Part shown: piece after piece, positions 6,526-14,301 of the stretch
Layout: each line of letters starts with the position of its first letter
Position numbering within the stretch: position 1 is the first letter of the stretch
NCBI GenBank assembly: GCA_039800165.1
Contig: JBDLRH010000030.1
Span: forward strand, 1-28,843
Source: Pseudomonadota bacterium
GTDB taxonomy: Bacteria > Pseudomonadota > Gammaproteobacteria > Burkholderiales > Burkholderiaceae_C
Length of the DNA stretch: 28,843 nt
Direction of reading: 5' to 3'
Position numbers and translations under genes: made by a program
The notes under the pieces: model-generated
The model's input: the letters and a program-made list of their open reading frames with translations, nothing else
The model's database searches: none
Told to the model about the DNA's origin: nothing

Positions 6526-6559
6526 AACAGCCACTTGCGAGCGATCGTAGGTGGCTGTT
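6526..6559 (+). terminator. Hairpin downstream of the tRNA fragment, possibly the original tRNA terminator
   Basis: AACAGCCAC (6526-6534) pairs with GTGGCTGTT (6551-6559) around a 16-nt loop, followed by TCGCTTC. The loop is long and the U-tract weak. Confidence 0.3.
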
Positions 6560-6612
6560 TCGCTTCTGGGGTGGCACCCGGGGGACACTAGCGGGAATGA
6601 CAGGATGCCAAC

Positions 6613-7752
6613 ATGATGCAGCTACGCTTCACCTTCGCCGCTTTGACCTTGCTGGCTCTCCCACTAGCCACAAGAGCAACCGAGATGCCGTATGGTTGGA
6701 ACGTTACCAACGGATTCCGAAGCCACGCTCGCGTTGCCTACGTCAGCCCACCTTCCGAGCCCGGTCAGGTAGCGCTGCCAACAGGCACCTCCAGTCCAGA
6801 AGCCAAGCGGCTACTTGACGACCTGTTCAAGCGCAACAACACGAAAGCGCTGCTGGTTGCGCAAGACGGGCAACTTCTCTATGAACGCTATAGCTTTGGC
6901 GTAGGGCGTCGCAACACCCCGCTGGGCTACTCAATGTCGAAGAGTCTTACAGCGCTGGCAGTAGGACATGCAGTTTGCGATGGTCACATCGCCAGCGTCG
7001 ATGACGTGATGAAAAAGTATGTTCCGGCACTCGCAGGCACCGCATGGGGAGAGGCAACGGTACGCGACATATTGAAGATGTCCAGTGGAGCCTACAGAAC
7101 CACTATGCAGTACAACGGCCACAAGTACCGAGAGTTTGAGCAGAGCATCGGTGCGGCTGTAGCCGAAGGGCGAATGAATACCGATTTCCTTGAATTGATG
7201 AAGCAAGCGGACGAAAAGGAGTTTCCTCCAGGCTCCGTCTTCAACTACAACAATTTCGACACGGTCGCGCTCGGCTTACTCGTTCAGTCTGCGTCCGGCA
7301 TGCCTTTTCCCGCGTACTTCGAGCGTTCCGTTTGGAAGTCTGCAGGTGCGGAGACGCGAGGGGCATGGTTCATGACGAACAAGGGCCAGACATCGACGTA
7401 TCAAGGATTTAGCGCATCACCTCATGACTGGATACGTATCGGCATGATGGTCTTGCGCGACCTCCGCGATCAAGACAAATGCATCGGCAAGTTCTTGAAG
7501 GATGCGACGTCAAGTCAGGCATCGTCTTGGGGTCCGGCATCCTCGTACGGATATCAAATCTGGGTACGCTGCGCATCCCAGACTGACTTTTGCTTCGTTG
7601 GCTTCGGTGGGCAGTACCTGCTTTTCAATGTTGCGACAAACACAGTTCTCTACCACCACGCTACAACGTTCTCATCTATCGTGTGGGGAACTCCTCGCGT
7701 GATGGACGAGTTGATCCCGCATCTCTCCAGCAGCACGAAGCCACGGCAATAG
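6613..7752 (+). CDS. Secreted serine hydrolase of the beta-lactamase / penicillin-binding-protein fold family
   Basis: It has an N-terminal signal peptide (MMQLRFTFAALTLLALPLATRA) and an S-x-x-K active-site motif (YSMSKSLTA) at the usual position. At 379 aa the length is typical of the family. Confidence 0.8.
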   Translation: MMQLRFTFAALTLLALPLATRATEMPYGWNVTNGFRSHARVAYVSPPSEPGQVALPTGTSSPEAKRLLDDLFKRNNTKALLVAQDGQLLYERYSFGVGRRNTPLGYSMSKSLTALAVGHAVCDGHIASVDDVMKKYVPALAGTAWGEATVRDILKMSSGAYRTTMQYNGHKYREFEQSIGAAVAEGRMNTDFLELMKQADEKEFPPGSVFNYNNFDTVALGLLVQSASGMPFPAYFERSVWKSAGAETRGAWFMTNKGQTSTYQGFSASPHDWIRIGMMVLRDLRDQDKCIGKFLKDATSSQASSWGPASSYGYQIWVRCASQTDFCFVGFGGQYLLFNVATNTVLYHHATTFSSIVWGTPRVMDELIPHLSSSTKPRQ

Positions 7753-7933
7753 CTCCAGGCGGAAGTGTGACTGGGTTAGCACGGCATCCGCACAGCGATC
7801 AAACCAATCGCCTGCGCGAAGCGCACGCCACCTGTCGGGCTGTTGCAGCAGAGGATTGGGATACTGCTTACGGTGGTCAAGCCGTCATCGGCTGAACTGT
7901 AGGTTTATCAGCGCCACAGTACGCCAATTGCGT

Positions 7934-8680
7934 TCATGCCAGTGCGTGCTTCTCGCCGAGCGCAGCGATGTACTCCGGCTTGCGCTCGGCAATCGTCTGC
8001 AGAAACTGCAGCGGCGCGGTGATGTGCACACGCATGTGCTCGCTGGCGGCCACGGCGTTGCCCTGGATGATGGCATCGACGATCAGGCGATGCTGGTCGA
8101 CGGCGATGCGGTGACTGCCCACCGTTTCGATGGCGAGATGGCGCACGCGGTTCATGCCGGTACGCGCCAGCCGGAGCGCTGGCCAGGCATGCGGATGCCC
8201 GGCCAGCCGCAAGATCTCGCGGTGCAGTTCCTCGTCGGCCTGCAGGTGGGTGGTGTAGTCGCCGGAGCGCGAAGCACGGGCCTGGCGCTGCATCAGCTTG
8301 AGCAGTGCCTTGCGCTGCGCCAGCGGGGCGGCGGCGGCCAGTTGCGCCGCGCGGCATTCGATTACCTCGCGCACGAAGATGGCATCGCGAATGCGAACGG
8401 GGTCGAGCAGCGCAACATAGGTGCCGCGCTGGGGTACCACCTGCACCAGGTGCTCGGCAGCCAGCTGCCGCAGCGCGTCGCGCACCGGCGCGCGGCTCAC
8501 CCCCAGCTCCTGCGACAGCGCTTGCTCTGACAGCGCCACCCCGGGCAGCAGGCGGCACTCCAGGATGGCATTGCGAATCAGGTCGTAGGCGCTGCGGGTG
8601 AACTGCCCGCGCGCGGCGCCATCGTCTGCCTCGGCGCTGACCAGGCCAAGCGATGGAAGCTGGGGGCGGGTTCGTGCCAT
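7934..8680 (-). CDS. GntR-family transcriptional regulator (FadR/FCD-type C-terminal domain)
   Basis: The winged-helix region reads ...LSEQALSQELGVSRAPVRDALRQLAAEHLVQVVPQRGTYV, followed by a helical C-terminal domain. It is divergent from the Bug/dehydratase operon. No clear Shine-Dalgarno precedes ATG 8680, so the start is slightly uncertain. Confidence 0.9.
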   Translation of the reverse strand: MARTRPQLPSLGLVSAEADDGAARGQFTRSAYDLIRNAILECRLLPGVALSEQALSQELGVSRAPVRDALRQLAAEHLVQVVPQRGTYVALLDPVRIRDAIFVREVIECRAAQLAAAAPLAQRKALLKLMQRQARASRSGDYTTHLQADEELHREILRLAGHPHAWPALRLARTGMNRVRHLAIETVGSHRIAVDQHRLIVDAIIQGNAVAASEHMRVHITAPLQFLQTIAERKPEYIAALGEKHALA

Positions 8681-8693
8681 GGTGCGTGGGGGC

Positions 8694-8725
8694 CCGCCCT
8701 CTCAGGGCATTCCCTGAGAGGGCGG
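8694..8725. repeat. Perfect 14-bp-stem GC-rich hairpin in the GntR/Bug divergent intergenic region
   Basis: CCGCCCTCTCAGGG-CATT-CCCTGAGAGGGCGG, located 13 nt upstream of the GntR start codon. Confidence 0.7.
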
Positions 8726-8737
8726 CATTTACTGAAA

Positions 8738-8761
8738 TACTAGCACTTACTAGAATACTAG
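8738..8761. promoter_or_regulatory. AT-rich block with three TACTAG repeats, candidate operator/promoter
   Basis: TACTAG occurs at 8738, 8748 and 8756 within aaaTACTAGcactTACTAGaaTACTAGataaag. This is the only AT-rich stretch between the divergent GntR and Bug genes. Confidence 0.4.
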
Positions 8762-8828
8762 ATAAAGGTCCCGCAACACGCCCTGCAAACCATCCGGCCC
8801 GATTCGCCGAACTAAAGAGGAGACAGCC

Positions 8829-9806
8829 ATGACCCAACGACGCCAACTGCTGCTGGCCGCCCCCGCCTGGGCCGCCATGCTGGGCGCCCCGCGCGCCTTC
8901 GCGCAGGCCGACTATCCCAGCAAGCCGATCAAGATCATCGTGCCCTTCCCGCCCGGCGGCACCAGCGACGTGATGGGCCGCATGGTGGCCGAGCCGCTGT
9001 CGAAGGTGCTGGGGCAACCGGTGGTGGTGGAGAACATCGGCGGCGCCGGCGGCGTGATCGGCACCGAGCGTGGCGCCAAGGCGCCGGCTGATGGCTACAC
9101 CATCATCCAGACCGGCGTAGGCCAGAACGCGGTGGCGCACGGGCTCGACCCGAACCTCAAGTACAACTCGGTCACCGACTTCATCCACGTGAGCCAGGTG
9201 CACCACGGGCCCAACGTGCTGGTGGTCAACTCGCAGCGGCCGTTCCGCACGGTCAAGGAGCTGGTGGCCTTTGCCAAGGCCAACCCGGGCAAGCTGGATT
9301 ACGGCTTCACGCACGCGGCGTCGGGCCACATGGCGATGGAGCTGTTCAAGCAGACCACCGGCATCTTCATGACCGGCATTCCGTACCGCGGCGGCGGGCC
9401 GATGATGGGCGCGATCCTGGCCAACGAGATTCCGCTGATGTTCATCAACCAGGACGTGGCGCTGCAGCATGTGCGCTCGGGCCGGCTGCGCCCGCTGGCG
9501 GTGACCAGCCTGCAGCGCAATGCGCTGTACCCCGACGTACCGACGATTGCCGAGTCGGGCTACCCCGGCTTCGAGGCGCTGTCGTGGTCGGGCCTGTCGC
9601 TGCCCAAGGGCACGCCCGCGCCGGTGGTGGCCAGGCTCGAGGCCGCCATCCGCGAGGTGATGACGTCGCCCGCCATCAAGCAGCGCATGGACTCGCAGGG
9701 CTTCGTGATCCCGCCGCAAGGGTCGCGGCCGTATGCCGAGTTCATCGGCAAGGAGCTCGAGCGCTGGTCGCAGGTGATCAAGACCGCCGGCATCAAGGCC
9801 GAATGA
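8829..9806 (+). CDS. Bug/TctC-family (tripartite tricarboxylate transporter) periplasmic substrate-binding protein
   Basis: Shine-Dalgarno AGAGGAGA upstream, a signal peptide ending AFAQA, and the family hallmark KPIKIIVPFPPGGTSDVMGR...VVVENIGGAGG. Confidence 0.92.
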   Translation: MTQRRQLLLAAPAWAAMLGAPRAFAQADYPSKPIKIIVPFPPGGTSDVMGRMVAEPLSKVLGQPVVVENIGGAGGVIGTERGAKAPADGYTIIQTGVGQNAVAHGLDPNLKYNSVTDFIHVSQVHHGPNVLVVNSQRPFRTVKELVAFAKANPGKLDYGFTHAASGHMAMELFKQTTGIFMTGIPYRGGGPMMGAILANEIPLMFINQDVALQHVRSGRLRPLAVTSLQRNALYPDVPTIAESGYPGFEALSWSGLSLPKGTPAPVVARLEAAIREVMTSPAIKQRMDSQGFVIPPQGSRPYAEFIGKELERWSQVIKTAGIKAE

Positions 9807-9822
9807 AAGGGCGCGCAACGCC

Positions 9823-11562
9823 ATGACCCGCAAGACCTACGAGCAGCTGCGCAGCGCGCGCTGGTTCGCCCCCGACGACCTGCGCAGCTTTGGCCACCGC
9901 TCGCGCGCGATGCAGATGGGCTACGACCATGCCGACTGGCAGGGCAAGCCGGTGATCGCCATCCTCAACACCTGGAGCGACATCAACAACTGCCACTCGC
10001 ACTTCAAGCAGCGGGTCGAAGAGGTCAAGCGCGGCGTGCTGCAGGCGGGCGGCTTTCCGCTCGAGCTGCCGGCGATTTCGCTGGCCGAGAACTTCGTCAA
10101 GCCCACCACCATGCTGTACCGCAACCTGCTGGCCATCGAGGCCGAGGAGTTGCTGCGCAGCCATCCGGTGGACGGCGCGGTGCTCATGGGCGGCTGCGAC
10201 AAGACCACGCCGGGCCTGCTGATGGGCGCGCTCAGCATGGGCATTCCATGCATCTACCTGCCCGCCGGCCCGATGCTGCGCGGCAACTGGAAAGGCAAGA
10301 CGCTGGGCTCGGGTGCCGACGCCTGGAAGTACTGGGACGAGCGCCGCGCCGGCAACATCACCACCGCGCAGTGGATGGAGATCGAAGGCGGCATCTCGCG
10401 CAGCGCCGGCACCTGCATGGTGATGGGCACCGCCGCCACGATGATGGGCATTGCCGAAGGCCTGGGCCTGACGCTGCCCGGCGCATCGAGCATCCCTGCG
10501 GTGGACGCCAACCACCAGCGCATGGCCACGCACTGCGGCCGCCGCATCGTCGACATGGTGTGGGACGACCTGACGCCCGCAAAGATCCTGAGCCGCAAGA
10601 GCTTTGAGAACGCGATCACGGTGGCCATGGCCGAAGGCTGCTCCACCAACGCGATCATCCATCTGGTGGCAATCTCGCGCCGCGCGGGGCTGCCGGTCAC
10701 GCTGGACGACTTTGACGCCTTCAGCCGCAAGGTGCCAGTAATCGCCAACATCCGCCCCAGCGGCAGCGAATACCTGATGGAAGACTTCTTCTACGCAGGC
10801 GGCATGCGCGCGCTGATGAAGACACTGGCCGACGGCGGGCTGCTGCACCTGGACGCCATGACCGTCACCGGCCAGACGGTCGCAGACAACCTGCAGGGTG
10901 CAGAGGTGCACAACGCCGACGTGATCCGCCCGCTGGCCAAGGCCATTTACCAGGAGGGTGCGCTGGCGGTGCTGCGCGGCAACCTGGCGCCCGACGGCTG
11001 CGTGATCAAGCCCAGTGCCTGCGCGCCGAAGTTCCAGAAGCACAGCGGGCCGGCGATGGTGTTTGATGACTACCCGAGCCTGAAGGCCGCCATCGACGAC
11101 CCGGACCTCGACGTCACCGAAGACCATGTGCTGATCCTGCGCAACGCCGGCCCGCAGGGCGGCCCCGGCATGCCGGAGTGGGGCATGCTGCCGATCCCGA
11201 CCAAGCTGGTGAAGCAGGGTGTGCGCGACATGCTGCGCATCAGCGACGCGCGCATGAGCGGCACCAGCTACGGCGCCTGCGTGCTGCATGTGTCGCCCGA
11301 GTCGTACATCGGCGGCAACCTGGCCCTGGTGCGCAACGGCGACATCATCACGGTGGACATTCCCGCGCGCAGCATCCGCATGGAGGTCAGCGACGAAGAA
11401 CTGGCACGCCGCCGCGCCGAATGGAAGCCGCCGCCGCCGCGCTTTGAGCGTGGCTACGGCCACATGTTCAGCAAGCATGTGCTGCAGGCCGATCAGGGCT
11501 GCGACTTCGACTACCTCGAAACCTCGTTCGGTGCGCCGGTCAGCGAGCCGGTCATCTACTGA
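9823..11562 (+). CDS. IlvD/Edd-family sugar-acid dehydratase (L-arabonate / D-xylonate dehydratase-like, 579 aa)
   Basis: The N-terminus LRSARWFAPDDLRSFGHRSRAMQMGY and the MGGCDKTTPG cluster-binding region are typical of the family. Length fits the aldonate-dehydratase branch rather than IlvD proper. Confidence 0.9.
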   Translation: MTRKTYEQLRSARWFAPDDLRSFGHRSRAMQMGYDHADWQGKPVIAILNTWSDINNCHSHFKQRVEEVKRGVLQAGGFPLELPAISLAENFVKPTTMLYRNLLAIEAEELLRSHPVDGAVLMGGCDKTTPGLLMGALSMGIPCIYLPAGPMLRGNWKGKTLGSGADAWKYWDERRAGNITTAQWMEIEGGISRSAGTCMVMGTAATMMGIAEGLGLTLPGASSIPAVDANHQRMATHCGRRIVDMVWDDLTPAKILSRKSFENAITVAMAEGCSTNAIIHLVAISRRAGLPVTLDDFDAFSRKVPVIANIRPSGSEYLMEDFFYAGGMRALMKTLADGGLLHLDAMTVTGQTVADNLQGAEVHNADVIRPLAKAIYQEGALAVLRGNLAPDGCVIKPSACAPKFQKHSGPAMVFDDYPSLKAAIDDPDLDVTEDHVLILRNAGPQGGPGMPEWGMLPIPTKLVKQGVRDMLRISDARMSGTSYGACVLHVSPESYIGGNLALVRNGDIITVDIPARSIRMEVSDEELARRRAEWKPPPPRFERGYGHMFSKHVLQADQGCDFDYLETSFGAPVSEPVIY

Positions 11563-11587
11563 ACCCGCGCGCTGCGTCGCCACCGCC

Positions 11588-12319
11588 ATGCCCCTGCCTA
11601 CCGCCACCCGCAACAAGCTCAAGGCCGTCAGCACCGCCACGCTGTGCACCGCACTCTTCAAGCGCGGCCTGCGCAACCAGTTCATCCAGGACGTGCGGCC
11701 GGTCAACCCCGACATCACCCGCGACGCGCCCAACATGGTGGGCGAGGCCTTCACGCTGCGCTACATCCCGGCGCGCGAAGACCTCAACCCGATCACCGTG
11801 TTCCAGGACCGCGGTCACCCGCAACGCGTGGCGGTGGAGCAGTGCCCGCCGGGTGCGGTGATGGTGATCGACAGCCGCAAGGACGCGCGTGCCGCATCGG
11901 CCGGCGGCATCCTGGTCAGCCGCCTGATGGTGCGCGGCTGCGCCGGCGTGGTGACCGACGGCGGCTTTCGCGATGCGCCCGAGATCGCGGCCCTGCCCTT
12001 TCCTGCGTACCACCATCGGCCCAGCGCGCCCACCAACCTGACGCTGCACCAGGCCATGGACATCAACGTGCCGATCGGCTGCGGCGATGTGGCGGTGTTC
12101 CCCGGCGACGTGGTGGTGGGCGACCGCGAGGGCGTCATCGTCATCCCGGCGCATCTGGCCGATGAGGTGGCCGAAGAGGCCACGCAGATGACGGTGTTCG
12201 AGGACTTCGTGCTCGACCAGGTGCAAAACGCCGGCCGCAGCATCCTGGGCCTGTACCCGCCCACCGATCCGCAGACGCTCGACCAGTTCGCCGCCTGGCG
12301 CCGGCAGCGCGGACGCTGA
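11588..12319 (+). CDS. RraA-fold protein, HMG/CHA-aldolase-like (243 aa)
   Basis: ATG 11588 is in frame with the track ORF, whose upstream part overlaps the dehydratase gene. The sequence ...GGILVSRLMVRGCAGVVTDGGFRD...GDVVVGDREGVIVIP is typical of the RraA / 4-hydroxy-4-methyl-2-oxoglutarate aldolase family. Confidence 0.85.
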   Translation: MPLPTATRNKLKAVSTATLCTALFKRGLRNQFIQDVRPVNPDITRDAPNMVGEAFTLRYIPAREDLNPITVFQDRGHPQRVAVEQCPPGAVMVIDSRKDARAASAGGILVSRLMVRGCAGVVTDGGFRDAPEIAALPFPAYHHRPSAPTNLTLHQAMDINVPIGCGDVAVFPGDVVVGDREGVIVIPAHLADEVAEEATQMTVFEDFVLDQVQNAGRSILGLYPPTDPQTLDQFAAWRRQRGR

Positions 12320-12321
12320 GC

Positions 12322-14283
12322 TCAGCCAGACACCGCGCGGCGCCCCGGCGCTGCAGGGCTGCCCTCGGCCGCTTGCGGTGGCTGGTCGTGCAGCGGCAGC
12401 GTGATCTCGAAGGTCACGCCCTGGCCGGGCTGGTTGCGCATCACGATGCTGCCGCCCAGCACGTCTTCGACCACGCGACGCGCGGAAAACAGCCCCAGGC
12501 CGGAACCGCCCGAGGCTCGTTGCGTTGTGAAGAAGGGTGTGAACGCGCGCGCCGCTGCCTCGGCGTTCATGCCGTTGCCGTTGTCTGCCACACGGATGAC
12601 CACCTGACCGGCAACAACGCTGGCCTCGATGCGCAGTTCACGGCTATCGCGTCCCTCAAAGGCATGCAGCGTGGCGTTGACCACCAGGTTGGTGATCACC
12701 TGCCCCAGCGAACCGGGTTCGGTGTAAATCGACAAGTCGCTCGGGCAGGTGACGTGCACCGCACAGCGGGCACGGTGCGTGATCGGCGACAGCGTGACCA
12801 GCAAGGAATCAAACAGCGGCTGCAGCCCGACCTTGCGCCATTCCACCCGCGACACGTTCGCGGTGGTGGCCTTCAGGCTCTTGACCAGCTCGCCCGCCTT
12901 GGCGAGGTTGCTGGCCACCAGCTCCGAGGTGCGATGCAACCTGCGCAGGCGTTCCAGCGACACCGACACGTCGTCAGGCGCTGCACCGCCCGCTGCAGGT
13001 GCTTCGATCAGCGGCAGCAAGGTGTCGCGGACCTTGGTCGAACCGGTCAGCGCGATGCCCACCGGGGTGTTGAGGTCGTGCGCAATGCCTGCGATGGCCA
13101 GGCTGACCGACTGCAGCTTGTTGGATTCCTGCAGGTCGCCTGCCAGGCGCCGCTGGTCTTCGCGCGCCTGCCAGATTTCCTGGATGTCCACCAGGCACAG
13201 CGCCAGCCTGGCGCCTTCGTGCGGGTTGTCGCGCAGCGCAAAGGCCAGGCAGCGCGTCCAGCGGGTGTGGCCGGGGCCACAGCGCACGCCTGCCTCCCAT
13301 TCCAGCGACCGGGCACTGCCGGCAGCAGCACGCAGCTGCCGGCCCAGTACACCCAGGGCATCCGCCGGCTCCAGACAGGCCACGGGCTGCCCGATGACGC
13401 GATCCGCCGCATGCCCGAACACCTCGCGCAGTGCATCGGTGACATCGACGATCCGGAAGTCGGGCGTGTCGGCATCCAGCACCACCACCGCGAACGGCGC
13501 GCGGTTGAGCAGGTCGGTCTTGGTCTGCAGCGCGTGCACCGATCGGTCGAGCTCCAGCGTGCGCTGCGTGAGGTCGTGGGTGCGCTGCTGTACCTCGCGC
13601 TCCAATCCGTCGTTGAGCGCCCGCAGCTCATCGACCTTGCGCTGGATTTCGCCGCTCATCGCTGAAAACGCCTGCACCAGCAAGCCCACTTCGTCGGTCG
13701 ATGGCGCGGGCAGCGCTGGCGCGTACTGCCCTTCACGGATGCTGCGGCTTGCGTCTACCAGGTGCTGCAGACGGCGTGTGACCGTACCGCTGAGCACCCA
13801 CAGCAGCGCGCTGAAGAACACCAGCGCCAGCGAACCGACACCGATGACATATCGCGCAATGCGTGCCTGGGCCTGATCCAGATCGGCACGCGACAGCGTG
13901 AAGGTGACCGCGCCGATGGCCTGGCCGGCCAGCGCCAGATCGGCACGGAAGTCCGCCAGCGCGCCCGCTGCCGCACCCGGGGTTGCCGCGGATGGCCTGC
14001 GCGCTGCAGCCACCAGCCGGCCTGCCGAGTCGTAAGCCTGCAGCTGCTGTAGCGCCGGGTCTTCCAGCGTCTCTTCAAGGATGGCCTGCACCGACGCGTA
14101 GTCGCGCTGCAGCAATGGCACTGACAGCGCCGCATTGAGCAGCGGCCGCAGTTGCAGCACCCGCGCCTGTTGCTGCGAATCAAAGTGATCGCGCAGGATG
14201 CCCAGCGTGTACCAGGTGACGAGACCCAGCGACAGCGCCAGCAGCAGCGTTCCGCTCAGGGCCAGCTTCAGGCGCAGGCTCAT
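12322..14283 (-). CDS. Membrane sensor histidine kinase (periplasmic domain, HAMP, PAS, HisKA, HATPase_c), no receiver domain
   Basis: It has two hydrophobic segments flanking a domain of about 130 aa. Further elements are a HAMP region (...TVTRRLQHLVDASRSIREGQY...), a PAS region (LLNRAPFAVVVLDADT...), H-box IAGIAHDLNTPVG, an N-box and the G-boxes VADNGNGM / GGSGLGL. Confidence 0.92.
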   Translation of the reverse strand: MSLRLKLALSGTLLLALSLGLVTWYTLGILRDHFDSQQQARVLQLRPLLNAALSVPLLQRDYASVQAILEETLEDPALQQLQAYDSAGRLVAAARRPSAATPGAAAGALADFRADLALAGQAIGAVTFTLSRADLDQAQARIARYVIGVGSLALVFFSALLWVLSGTVTRRLQHLVDASRSIREGQYAPALPAPSTDEVGLLVQAFSAMSGEIQRKVDELRALNDGLEREVQQRTHDLTQRTLELDRSVHALQTKTDLLNRAPFAVVVLDADTPDFRIVDVTDALREVFGHAADRVIGQPVACLEPADALGVLGRQLRAAAGSARSLEWEAGVRCGPGHTRWTRCLAFALRDNPHEGARLALCLVDIQEIWQAREDQRRLAGDLQESNKLQSVSLAIAGIAHDLNTPVGIALTGSTKVRDTLLPLIEAPAAGGAAPDDVSVSLERLRRLHRTSELVASNLAKAGELVKSLKATTANVSRVEWRKVGLQPLFDSLLVTLSPITHRARCAVHVTCPSDLSIYTEPGSLGQVITNLVVNATLHAFEGRDSRELRIEASVVAGQVVIRVADNGNGMNAEAAARAFTPFFTTQRASGGSGLGLFSARRVVEDVLGGSIVMRNQPGQGVTFEITLPLHDQPPQAAEGSPAAPGRRAVSG

Positions 14284-14301
14284 GCGCGGCCTCGGCGCCC
14301 G

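Noticed and set aside
6307-6591. ORFs 6307-6591 (+) and 6346-6588 (-) at the island boundary
   Set aside because: They span the tRNA fragment. The minus-strand translation ...FWWRFTDSNRGPVDYD... is the familiar artefact of reading a tRNA T-arm and acceptor antisense. Neither ORF has a Shine-Dalgarno sequence.
7814-7834. GAAGCGCACGCCACC resembling the acceptor end of the tRNA fragment (GAAGCGCCACCA), as a possible second att copy
   Set aside because: The match is only about 12 nt, is interrupted by a 3-nt insertion and sits in GC-rich sequence. That is too weak to separate from chance without a proper alignment.
7908-11754. Very long minus-strand ORFs (7908-9833, 641 aa; 9793-11754, 653 aa) overlapping the GntR, Bug and dehydratase genes
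   Set aside because: Their translations are Arg/Ala/Gly/Pro/His-rich low-complexity strings with no motifs. They lie antisense to genes with clear family signatures. These are typical stop-codon-poor shadow ORFs of DNA with about 70% GC.
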